Notes under the pieces: model-generated
What the model was told of the DNA's origin: nothing
The model's database searches: none
The model's input: the letters and a program-made list of their open reading frames with translations, nothing else
Assembly (NCBI GenBank): GCA_964014485.1
Contig: CAXHAT010000139.1
Coordinates: forward strand, 1-21,544
DNA length: 21,544 nucleotides
From: an uncultured Deferribacteres bacterium
Lineage (GTDB): Bacteria > Zhuqueibacterota > Zhuqueibacteria > Zhuqueibacterales > Geothermadaptataceae
Direction: 5' to 3'
Translations under genes and position numbers: made by a program
Shown: positions 1-7,573 of the stretch, one piece after another
Position numbering within the stretch: position 1 is the first letter of the stretch
Layout of the letters: the number at the start of each line of letters is the position of its first letter

Positions 1-198
1 TCGCCCAGTACAGATCATGCTCAAAAGTTCAAGGGTCGGATCAAAAAAGATGCTTCCAGCATGACAATTCCGGCCTTTTTCGCCAGTTTAGAAACCTTTA
101 CAAAAAGTGTCAGGTAGTGAATTCGAAGATGCAAACCGCCGATTTTATCCAAAGTTTTGCCAAAAGAGGAACGGCTCAAAAGCGCTGATAACGCTTAA

Positions 199-219
199 GC
201 AAGGCAAGCCTTGCACTCC
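199..219 (-). repeat. Short REP-like palindrome (GGAG-headed hairpin) just after the acyl-CoA synthetase stop
   Basis: Perfect 7-bp inverted repeat GCAAGGC-AA-GCCTTGC at 199-214. On the minus strand it reads GGAG-T-GCAAGGCTTGCCTTGC. Single copy only. Confidence 0.3.
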
Positions 220-220
220 G

Positions 221-2155
221 TTATTCGACACTCAATTCGTATCGAAGCACGTAACCGCCCAGTTTTTCCCGCGCCGTTTTTTCAACTTTTGCCTTGTCAG
301 CGCTCGATTCAGTTTTGATTGTGATATGCGCAATCGGGCCTAGGCGCTTGTCTACCTCGACCTTGATCCCGGCGTTCGAAACGCCGTCAATGCTCTGGCA
401 CTCATCGCCGTAAACTTCAATGATTTGTTGGTGATAAAGCGCTGGTTTGAAAATTTTTCCGACGGCGGTGAGTGGAATTTCGCCGACGATGTAGATTTTT
501 TTGGGGATTGCAGCGCGTTCGCCGATTTTTTCTTTCGCAAAAGCGAGCAATTCTTCTTCGGTTGCGGAAGCGTCCGGCTTCAATTCGACGTAAAGCACGG
601 GCAATTCACCAACCTGTGAATCCGGTCGCCCAACCGCAGCCGCTAACGCCACGGCGGGATGTTCGTGGATCGGCTCTTCGATCAGTTTGGGATCGATGTT
701 GTGGCCGCCGCGAATGATGAGCTCTTTCTTGCGACCGGTCAGCCAAAAATAGCCGTCCGCGTCCAGTCTGCCCATGTCGCCGGTGTTGAGCCATTGCCCC
801 TTGCCGTCGCCGGAATCGACAAACACGCCTTTGTTGTGAAAGTCTTCCTTATAGCCGGGAAAAACGTTCGGCCCTCGCACGATGATCACGCCGACTTCAT
901 CCGCTTCACAGAATCGCACAAATTTGCCGTCTTCGATGATCGCCGTACGCATTTCCTGGTAGGGGAGGCGGTAACCAACCGACCCGATTCTGGATTCGCC
1001 TTTGCGCGGATTGACCGAAGAGACCGAGGTGCCTTCGGTCAGACCGTAGCCTTCCAGAATGTTGACGCCGGTTCTGCGAGTGAATTCATTGGCGAGTTCC
1101 ACCGGCAGAGGCGCTGCGCCGCAAGTGGCTGTTTCAAGTGCGCTCAAGTCCGCCCCGTCGATGGGGACGTTGAGCAATTCCTTGTAAACCGTCGGTACGC
1201 CGGAAAACATGGCGCAGCGGTAGTGCGCGATAATTTTCCAAAAATTAGCCAGAACACCCTCGCCGCGATAGCCCTGGGGCGTGCCCATGACCACGCCGGA
1301 ACCGCTCAACCAGGAAGAAAGCCCGACCGCGATGGCGCCGTAATTATGAAAAAGCGGCAGGCCGAGATAGTTTCGTTGTCCCGCTCTGCCGTCGACGGCT
1401 TCGCATACTGTCCAGGCGTCGAAGACTTCGTTGAAATGCGTGTGGACGGCCAGCTTGGGCGTACCTGTAGTGCCGCCGGTGTGAAAGTAGGAGGCGACGT
1501 CGTCTTTGCCAATCGTGCGGCCAGTGGTTAGGCGATCAGACGGGTATTTTTGCATCGTCTCATCGAAATCGAGAACGCGGGCGCGCACTTGCTCCTTGCC
1601 TTTGCCGCGACGCACAAGATTGACGACCAGTTTTTTGACGCCGCTCAAATATCCGGCAATATCAACACGCAAAATGATCTCGAGCGTCGGCACGTCGTCG
1701 ACGATTCCCGCGACTTTTTCCCAAATATCAACTTTGGGAAAAGGGGCGAGGGTGACCAGTATTTTGGTCTTGGCCGCATTCATAATTTCGGCGATGGCTT
1801 TCGCCTCAAGCAATGGATTTATTGGATTGGCGATTCCCGCCGCTTCACCGCCGTAAAGCGTAAAATAGGTTTGCGGTAAATTTGGCAAAATGTAGCTGAC
1901 GGTTTCGTCCGAATCCAGGCCGAGACCGTGCAGCATGTTCGCCGTCTGGTTAAGCTTCGCCATGAATTGACTAAAATTGTAATCGACGCTTTTGGCGTAA
2001 TCGGCAGCTTGCAGGAAAAAAGTCAATGCGGAAACGTCTGCGTGCGCCTCCGCCGATCTTTGGATCGTTTCGTAAGTGCTGTTGGGTAAATCTCTTTCTG
2101 AAAGCGGGGTCGTTTCGAACGCTTCGATGTCCGCCATTGTCGCGATCTGCGCCAT
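221..2155 (-). CDS. Acyl-CoA synthetase / AMP-binding (ANL superfamily) ligase, 644 aa
   Basis: P-loop YFHTGGTTGTPK, EGYGLTE, WLNTGDMG, GRKKELIIRGGHNI and the catalytic Lys in TAVGKIFK. Strong SD GGAGGAGG just before the ATG. Confidence 0.93.
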   Translation of the reverse strand: MAQIATMADIEAFETTPLSERDLPNSTYETIQRSAEAHADVSALTFFLQAADYAKSVDYNFSQFMAKLNQTANMLHGLGLDSDETVSYILPNLPQTYFTLYGGEAAGIANPINPLLEAKAIAEIMNAAKTKILVTLAPFPKVDIWEKVAGIVDDVPTLEIILRVDIAGYLSGVKKLVVNLVRRGKGKEQVRARVLDFDETMQKYPSDRLTTGRTIGKDDVASYFHTGGTTGTPKLAVHTHFNEVFDAWTVCEAVDGRAGQRNYLGLPLFHNYGAIAVGLSSWLSGSGVVMGTPQGYRGEGVLANFWKIIAHYRCAMFSGVPTVYKELLNVPIDGADLSALETATCGAAPLPVELANEFTRRTGVNILEGYGLTEGTSVSSVNPRKGESRIGSVGYRLPYQEMRTAIIEDGKFVRFCEADEVGVIIVRGPNVFPGYKEDFHNKGVFVDSGDGKGQWLNTGDMGRLDADGYFWLTGRKKELIIRGGHNIDPKLIEEPIHEHPAVALAAAVGRPDSQVGELPVLYVELKPDASATEEELLAFAKEKIGERAAIPKKIYIVGEIPLTAVGKIFKPALYHQQIIEVYGDECQSIDGVSNAGIKVEVDKRLGPIAHITIKTESSADKAKVEKTAREKLGGYVLRYELSVE

Positions 2156-2252
2156 TTTCCTCCTCCGAATAGAAAATTTTGTCTGAATCTTTTGGCATTC
2201 GCATGGTATTCAGCATTTCTTGCAATCGCAAACTTTGTCCAACGGGAGAAAT

Positions 2253-3059
2253 ATGGAAAGAACCAAATTTTTGTTTGATCATTTTGTGATTCTAACGCCT
2301 GATCTGCCAGACGCTGTCAGACGGTATGGAGAGCTTGGCTTTACGGTTTCGCCGGGCGGCAAACACGCAGGCGGCAAGTCGGAAAATGCGATCATTGCTT
2401 TTAGCGACGGTACGTATCTTGAGCTTTTGGCATTCATTCCGGCCGTTCTCGAGCGAAAGATCAAAGGGCTGGCGAAAATCGGATTGTTGCCTTTTGCGAT
2501 GCTTGGAAAAACTAAAATGGCGCAACGATTCATAAAACAAGCCGCGAGTAAAAACGGGCTTATCGATTTCGCCGTCCGACCTGCGGAAACGGCGGCGCGA
2601 TTAAATACAATTTTGCCTGATGAATTGAATTTTAGCGAGGCCATCCCCGGAAGCCGAATCAAGCCGGACGGTCAGGAAGTGCACTGGGAAATGGCTTTTC
2701 CAAAGTCGCTGGATGCGCCGTTCGTTTGCGCCGATTTAACGCCGCATAATCTTCGTGTACCGGAGGGAGCGGCTTGCGAGCACGCTAATGGCGTTCTCGG
2801 CGTCGAATCATTGGAATTTGCTTCGCCGGATTTCGAGAACGAAGCGGCATTTTATCAAAAATTGTTCGGCGGCGGCATTGAAGAAGGTGATAGTCGTCGC
2901 CAACTTCGTTTGGGCGGATCGTCACTGGTTTTAACGCCTGCGCGGGACGGGGAAAAGACGGCGATTCGATTTTCTACATCTTCTGACGGCGGTGCCGGGA
3001 AATTGGCCGACGCGTATTTGGGGCAAAACTTTGAGCTATTTTTGAAACCCCGAAAATAA
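2253..3059 (+). CDS. VOC family / Glyoxalase_3-like protein
   Basis: N-terminal FDHFVI...DL...LGF...GGKH...SENAII.F.DGTYLELL and later H.NGV.G are typical of the family. Start moved to ATG 2253, which follows SD GGGAGA. Confidence 0.85.
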   Translation: MERTKFLFDHFVILTPDLPDAVRRYGELGFTVSPGGKHAGGKSENAIIAFSDGTYLELLAFIPAVLERKIKGLAKIGLLPFAMLGKTKMAQRFIKQAASKNGLIDFAVRPAETAARLNTILPDELNFSEAIPGSRIKPDGQEVHWEMAFPKSLDAPFVCADLTPHNLRVPEGAACEHANGVLGVESLEFASPDFENEAAFYQKLFGGGIEEGDSRRQLRLGGSSLVLTPARDGEKTAIRFSTSSDGGAGKLADAYLGQNFELFLKPRK

Positions 3060-3089
3060 AAAAGGCGGGCGCAATCCTGCACCCGCCTT
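3053..3089 (-). terminator. Intrinsic terminator between convergent genes (U-tract on minus strand, for the PDZ gene)
   Basis: AAGGCGGG-C-GCA atcc TGC-A-CCCGCCTT hairpin (3062-3089) preceded by an A-rich run on the + strand. Confidence 0.75.
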
Positions 3090-3134
3090 CATCATCTGAG
3101 CGGTCACCTGTGACAGTGAGGAGGAAGTAAAACT

Positions 3135-4094
3135 TTAAATCGTATTGCCGCGATTGAGACGGTCGAAAATGCGAATACGGTTTCCGTGATGGTTGTCATG
3201 ACGTTGCCAGCGCATTAACCCTTCAAATTCCGGGATAACAATATCAAAGTCGCTGTCGCCGTCGAGATCGCGATGGAAGAAAACATTCGGGCCGCCGAAT
3301 GATCGGAAATCTCCTGAAGATGAATGCCAGTTATTCGACTCCAGCTCAACTTCGACTTTGCCCGTCGAGCCTTTGCGGAGATATTCAACTTCGATCACTT
3401 CGTCATAGTCGTAGTCGCCGAGAATCTCGATGAGTTCTTCAGGGTCACGAACTTTTTCACCGTCAACTTTTGTAATGACGTCGCCTGATTTGAGCCCGGC
3501 TTTTTCTGCGGGACTGTCTTCGGTTACTTCCAGGATCAAAACGCCGCCGTTTTCATCCGCATCAAAATAGCCGGCAAGGCTTTCATTAAGTTCATGAACC
3601 TGGACGCCCAATCTTGGTCTGCCAAAAAAACGGACGATCTTGCGATCATTATCATCATCCCCGCCTGACCAACTGAAATAGTTGGAACCCGAAGATTTGC
3701 GTCGACCAATTTCAACCTCGGTCGACTCTTCGTCGCCGTCACGAACATAAACGACGTTAACATTTTCTCCAGGAGAAGTCCTGCGCACGAGCCGTGTGAA
3801 GTCCTTCGTTTTTTCAACCGAATTGCCGTCAAATCGAACGATGACGTCGCCTTCTTTTAAGCCTGCATCGTCAGCGGGGCTGTTTTCAACAACGGAACTG
3901 ATGAGCAAGCCGGAGCGGTCGCCGACTTTCATGGCGTCGCGCAAAGACGGCGTCAATTCTTGCACCGTAACGCCGAGCCACCCGCGTTGCCGACGCTCTT
4001 GCGCGGCGGCGTCATTCAGGGCTGCTCCTGCTAACAAAGCTGCTGCAATTCCTCCGAAAAGATACTTGCCGAAATTTGTCGCTAATCTCTTCAT
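3135..4094 (-). CDS. Secreted twin-PDZ protein (DegP/HtrA-like PDZs, no protease domain), 319 aa
   Basis: Signal peptide (MKRL...AAAQ). Two PDZs: GWLGVTVQEL...SPADDAGLKEGDVIVRFDG and RLGVQVHEL...SPAEKAGLKSGDVITKVDG. No GNSGG trypsin motif. SD AAGGAGAGG. Confidence 0.88.
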   Translation of the reverse strand: MKRLATNFGKYLFGGIAAALLAGAALNDAAAQERRQRGWLGVTVQELTPSLRDAMKVGDRSGLLISSVVENSPADDAGLKEGDVIVRFDGNSVEKTKDFTRLVRRTSPGENVNVVYVRDGDEESTEVEIGRRKSSGSNYFSWSGGDDDNDRKIVRFFGRPRLGVQVHELNESLAGYFDADENGGVLILEVTEDSPAEKAGLKSGDVITKVDGEKVRDPEELIEILGDYDYDEVIEVEYLRKGSTGKVEVELESNNWHSSSGDFRSFGGPNVFFHRDLDGDSDFDIVIPEFEGLMRWQRHDNHHGNRIRIFDRLNRGNTI

Positions 4095-4148
4095 TCGCCT
4101 CTCCTTAGAATTAGAAATTTTCTTTACAGCTTTTCCGTTCCCTGGTTC

Positions 4149-4176
4149 TACGACTTTGCCGATTCTGAAAAAGTTT
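4149..4176 (-). promoter_or_regulatory. Candidate sigmaE-like ECF promoter for the PDZ gene
   Basis: Minus strand AAACTT-N16-GTCGTA, close to the RpoE-type GAACTT-N16-GTCnnA pattern, about 55 nt upstream of the start. Confidence 0.4.
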
Positions 4177-4199
4177 TAACAGAATTTATCAATCTTTTT

Positions 4200-4225
4200 T
4201 GCAACCCGCCGAGCAGTGCGGCGTA
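4200..4225 (+). promoter_or_regulatory. Candidate SigW-like ECF promoter for the small secreted protein
   Basis: TGCAAC-N16-CGTA, compared with the B. subtilis SigW consensus TGAAAC-N16-CGTA. Confidence 0.45.
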
Positions 4226-4284
4226 ATTACCGGCCACGCACTTTTAATTACTTGAAACGCTTAATTAAACACGGAGTTATTACG

Positions 4285-4710
4285 ATGAAACGTTTAACAC
4301 CTGTTGCCGCCGCTCTGTCTCTTTCTTTTTTACTCGCCGCTTCAACCAGCCTTTTCGCAGAAAACAATCCAAAGCCTTCAACCAAGCCTGCTAAAGAAGT
4401 CAATTGGAAAGCCTATGGCCAAAACCTTGGCGCGGCTTTGCGGTCCGACAATGCCGGCCTTCAGCGTTCAGCATTGCAAACCATCATTTTGAAAGGCGAC
4501 AAGCTTATTCTAGACGAGAGCATGGTCGATTTACTGAATGTTTACCTGGTTCACGAACACGAAGGCTTTCGCCAACTCGCTCTTGTTGCAATTCACAAAA
4601 CCGGCGATGCTTGGGCGATGAATTATCTTAAGCGGCACGCCCACGAAGAAACGTCCCCAAAACTCAAAAAAGTGCTTGATAAAGTTTTGGTTGACTACTA
4701 CGGCAACTAA
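4285..4710 (+). CDS. Hypothetical secreted all-helical (HEAT-repeat-like) protein, 141 aa
   Basis: ATG 4285 follows GGAG. Signal peptide MKRLTPVAAALSLSFLLAASTSLFA. HEAT-like segments LRSDNAGLQRSAL and EGFRQLALVAIHKTGD. A terminator follows. Confidence 0.75.
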   Translation: MKRLTPVAAALSLSFLLAASTSLFAENNPKPSTKPAKEVNWKAYGQNLGAALRSDNAGLQRSALQTIILKGDKLILDESMVDLLNVYLVHEHEGFRQLALVAIHKTGDAWAMNYLKRHAHEETSPKLKKVLDKVLVDYYGN

Positions 4711-4729
4711 TTACCTGGCCAAATAGATT

Positions 4730-4782
4730 AAGCCTTTCGTTCCGGCGTGATTTTTCGCGGAGCGAAAGGCTTTTGTTTTTTG
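4730..4782 (+). terminator. Rho-independent terminator
   Basis: Stem AAGCCTTTCGTTCC / GGAGCGAAAGGCTT followed by a T-run, about 20 nt after the stop at 4710. Confidence 0.85.
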
Positions 4783-4911
4783 GCTAATGTTCAAGCACAA
4801 AGCTGTTCCCGCAATTTTCCGCTCCCCAACTTTTTTTCTATCTTGCCGTTGCTCTCGTCGGGCAAACATCCGAATCGGGCGTTTGGACTTCCAAATCCGC
4901 ACGAATTTACT

Positions 4912-4973
4912 CACCGAGCATTCATAGCGCTTTTTGGGCGATTCGCTAAAAAAGCGTGAAGGTTTCTCAGGTG
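4912..4973 (-). other. Long imperfect hairpin 3' of the GPH symporter (possible terminator or stabiliser of the mannan transcript)
   Basis: CGCTTTTTGGGCG-ATT-CGCTAAAAAAGCG core, flanked by TTCA/TGAA and CACCGAG/CTCAGGTG. No clean U-tract. Confidence 0.4.
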
Positions 4974-5008
4974 CTATTTGGAAAATTTCCGAGAGTGCGT
5001 AACAGCAG

Positions 5009-6397
5009 TTATTCAATCGTTTTGTCGCGCCGCGCTTCCAGTTCTGATTCAATTTGACTCATGAGTTTTTCATCGAGCTTATAAAACAAAATGACGAAGA
5101 TGGCAAGGCCGCCCGCCGCTGCTGGAATGAGACTCATGAGAAGTTTCAAGCCAAAAAGAACGTCCGGCGTTTGTTCCAAATTGGCCTGGAAACCGAACGC
5201 CGAAAGCAGCATGCCCGCCACAAACGTACCGACCGCCCAGCCGATTTTCTGCGACATCGTCGAAGCTGAAAAAACCAGCCCGGTCGCTCTCCTGCCGTTC
5301 TTCCATTCCGAATAGTCCGCCGAATCCGCGTACATCGCCCAGATAAGCGGGCTGAGCGGGCCGCCCGCAAACGAGCCCATGGTTTGAAAGATGAACATAA
5401 GTTCCAAATCGTCAGAGCCCAAAAGAAAGAAAGCGGCGGTACAAACCGCGGCAATCGTGAAAAGCGTCAGGAACGCTCGTTTCTTGCCGACTTTTTTAGC
5501 AAAAAAACTTGTGAAAATCACACCGAGGATTGCGCCCCAGGCGCCGGCGGTGTTAAAGGCTGAAGTCAGCGCCACAAAGCCAAACGTGTAAGTTTCCCCG
5601 AAAAACGACAGCGTTTGATCGCCGACAAAATACTTGAAATAATGCGCCGTTACGCTCATGCGCGTGGCGACAAACAAGATCATGAGCAAAGACGTGATCA
5701 GCAGCAACACCCACGGGCGGTTTGAAAACAGATCGCGCAAATCGTGCATGATCGGCGTTTTTTGCGCTTTCGGCGGCGTAACGCGTTCCCTGGTTGTGCG
5801 GAATGTGATGAAGAAAAAAAGACAGGCTGCCGCGCCAAAAACGACCATAGTCAATTGCCAGCCCAGCGCTTCGTCTCCGCCGCCCAGAGACGCGGCCATG
5901 GGCAGCGCCGCCGCCGAAACAATCGTACTGCTGATGTAGGCAAAAACATATTTGTAGGAAGAAACGCTCGTGCGCTCAATCGGGTCGGGCGTGATGACGC
6001 CCAGCAGCGAAGAATAAGGAATATTGATCGCCGTGTAGGTCATCATCAGCAGGATGAAGGTGATGTAGGCGTAAACCAATTTTCCGGTCGGGCTCAAGTC
6101 CGGGGTGGAAAACGCCAGAACGCCGACCACTGCGAGAGGAATGGCGAGCCAGACCAGGTAAGGTCGAAATTTCCCCCAGCGCGTTTCCGTCCGATCAGCG
6201 ATTACGCCCATCATGGGATCGTTCACGCCGTCCCAAAGGCGGCTGACCAGAATCATGGTTCCCGCCGCCGCCGCGCTGATCCCGAAAACGTCGGTGTAAA
6301 AATAGAGCAAATAAGCGGAAATCGTCTGCCAGTAAAGCACCGAAGCCAAGTCCCCAAAACCGTAACCGATTTTTTCTTTAACCGAAAGCTTTGTCAT
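5009..6397 (-). CDS. MFS glycoside-pentoside-hexuronide (GPH):cation symporter, 462 aa
   Basis: LSVKEKIGYGFGD, YFYTDVFGI, RLWDGVNDPMMG.IADRTETRWGKFRPY and YSEWKNGRRATG motifs, about 12 hydrophobic segments, SD AGGAGAGAGGG. Confidence 0.95.
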   Translation of the reverse strand: MTKLSVKEKIGYGFGDLASVLYWQTISAYLLYFYTDVFGISAAAAGTMILVSRLWDGVNDPMMGVIADRTETRWGKFRPYLVWLAIPLAVVGVLAFSTPDLSPTGKLVYAYITFILLMMTYTAINIPYSSLLGVITPDPIERTSVSSYKYVFAYISSTIVSAAALPMAASLGGGDEALGWQLTMVVFGAAACLFFFITFRTTRERVTPPKAQKTPIMHDLRDLFSNRPWVLLLITSLLMILFVATRMSVTAHYFKYFVGDQTLSFFGETYTFGFVALTSAFNTAGAWGAILGVIFTSFFAKKVGKKRAFLTLFTIAAVCTAAFFLLGSDDLELMFIFQTMGSFAGGPLSPLIWAMYADSADYSEWKNGRRATGLVFSASTMSQKIGWAVGTFVAGMLLSAFGFQANLEQTPDVLFGLKLLMSLIPAAAGGLAIFVILFYKLDEKLMSQIESELEARRDKTIE

Positions 6398-6430
6398 TCC
6401 CTCTCTCCTGAATTTCAGCGTTAAAACGCA

Positions 6431-6459
6431 ATACTATTACAATGTTAGCTTACCATCAA
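6431..6459 (-). promoter_or_regulatory. Candidate sigma70 promoter for the GPH symporter
   Basis: Minus strand TTGATG-N17-TAGTAT, about 33 nt upstream of the ATG. Confidence 0.4.
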
Positions 6460-6487
6460 AAGGGTGCATGACAAATTGCACAAAGAG

Positions 6488-6578
6488 ATGCTAAAGCATG
6501 GACTACAAACGACAGTTTATCCTTCTACTCCGCGCGTAAAAAGGAAGCTCTGTCGTTTGTAGTCCACGCTTTAGCGTG
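6488..6578. repeat. Inverted pair of GTAG-type REP-like elements
   Basis: Arms 6488-6515 and 6550-6577 match at 26/28 as an inverted repeat. Each contains GTAG-TC-CAyGC-TTTA-GCrT. A third partial copy CTGTCGTTTG lies at 6591-6600. Confidence 0.8.
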
Positions 6579-6691
6579 ACTTTGCTGTAGCTGTCGTTTG
6601 GGGATTTTTGAACTCAAAATCATGAAAAGTTAGTAATATTTCGCTTCAGGATGTCTATGTAGCGCTCCGAGACGGACCTAATATTGTCGTG

Positions 6692-7573
6692 CTACTCGAG
6701 TCTTTTCATAAGCGTTTGCAAACCTGCCAGATTTCGCTCCAAAACAATCTTCACATCTTCGTTTTCGATATGTCCCAAAACGCCAATTGTGCCATCAAAC
6801 CCTGACGCTTTGAGTATTCTCAGCATGGCAAATTCTTCATCGCCCGTGCCAATCGGCAGAATTTTTGGCCCAGATTTGCTCATGCCGTTCAAATTTACGG
6901 TTGACAAATAGGGCTTCATTTTTTGCAGCAAAGCGAGAAATTCGTCGATCTGTTCGTGCGCGTGATGAAAATTGTAAACCATGCCAATTTCGTTTTTTCC
7001 CAACGCCTGGATAATTCGAATTTGGTTTTCTGGTTGGCCGAACCAATCGCCGTGGTTGTAAAGCGCAATTGTGCAGTTGATTTCTTTGGCCGCGCGATGG
7101 ATTTCATCAATTGCGGCAACGCCTTTTTGCAGGCATTCTTCATCTGACAGGCCGTCAAAAAAACGATTATTGAAACTGACCCATAGTTCCGTTTCGAGCT
7201 TTTTCTCGCGAAGCGTTTTTAGAATCTGAAGATTGCTTTTTTCGAGAACTTCTCCTGAACCGCCGTCGACCCAGAACCAGACGGCGCTCATGGAAAGATC
7301 GTACATCCTTGCAGCTTCAATTTCTTCGGCCAATTGCGACAAGTGCTTTTCTCGCCAATCCCACGCGTACTTGGTGACGCCAAGTTCCTTTAACATTTTT
7401 GCACGCTGTTGCGGCGTGCGTTCCTTCGCGTCGTAAGGCACGATGCACCAAGCGAGCAGATTTTCTTTATCAAACAAATCACTTTTCTCGATTGCTTTTT
7501 CTGAACGGCATGACAGGATGCAGCAAATTCCCCAAATCAGTGCAGCCGTCTGCACGAGAGATTTCGATTTCAT
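6692..7573 (-). CDS. Xylose-isomerase-like TIM-barrel (AP_endonuc_2 / sugar epimerase-isomerase family) probable lipoprotein, 293 aa
   Basis: Lipobox-like ILSC, then ALYNHGDWFG, GMVYNFHH, ILPIGTG...GFDGTIGVLGH. Start overlaps the upstream stop (TAATG). Confidence 0.7.
   Translation of the reverse strand: MKSKSLVQTAALIWGICCILSCRSEKAIEKSDLFDKENLLAWCIVPYDAKERTPQQRAKMLKELGVTKYAWDWREKHLSQLAEEIEAARMYDLSMSAVWFWVDGGSGEVLEKSNLQILKTLREKKLETELWVSFNNRFFDGLSDEECLQKGVAAIDEIHRAAKEINCTIALYNHGDWFGQPENQIRIIQALGKNEIGMVYNFHHAHEQIDEFLALLQKMKPYLSTVNLNGMSKSGPKILPIGTGDEEFAMLRILKASGFDGTIGVLGHIENEDVKIVLERNLAGLQTLMKRLE

Noticed and set aside
1..220. Partial gene at the left edge
   Set aside because: No supportable ORF in the available sequence.
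659..1531. 290-aa + strand ORF and similar long ORFs (5744-6424, 9001-9795, 8014-8571, 16634-17194)
   Set aside because: Antisense shadows of well-supported genes, with no recognisable motifs.
4859..4900. GGGCAAAC...GAA stem reminiscent of a c-di-GMP-I riboswitch
   Set aside because: Lacks the GNRA loop and GACGCAAAGC/P3 elements, and there is no downstream gene on that strand.
4711..5052. 113-aa minus ORF and 70-aa plus ORF in the convergent spacer
   Set aside because: They run through a terminator and hairpins and have no family features or clear SD.
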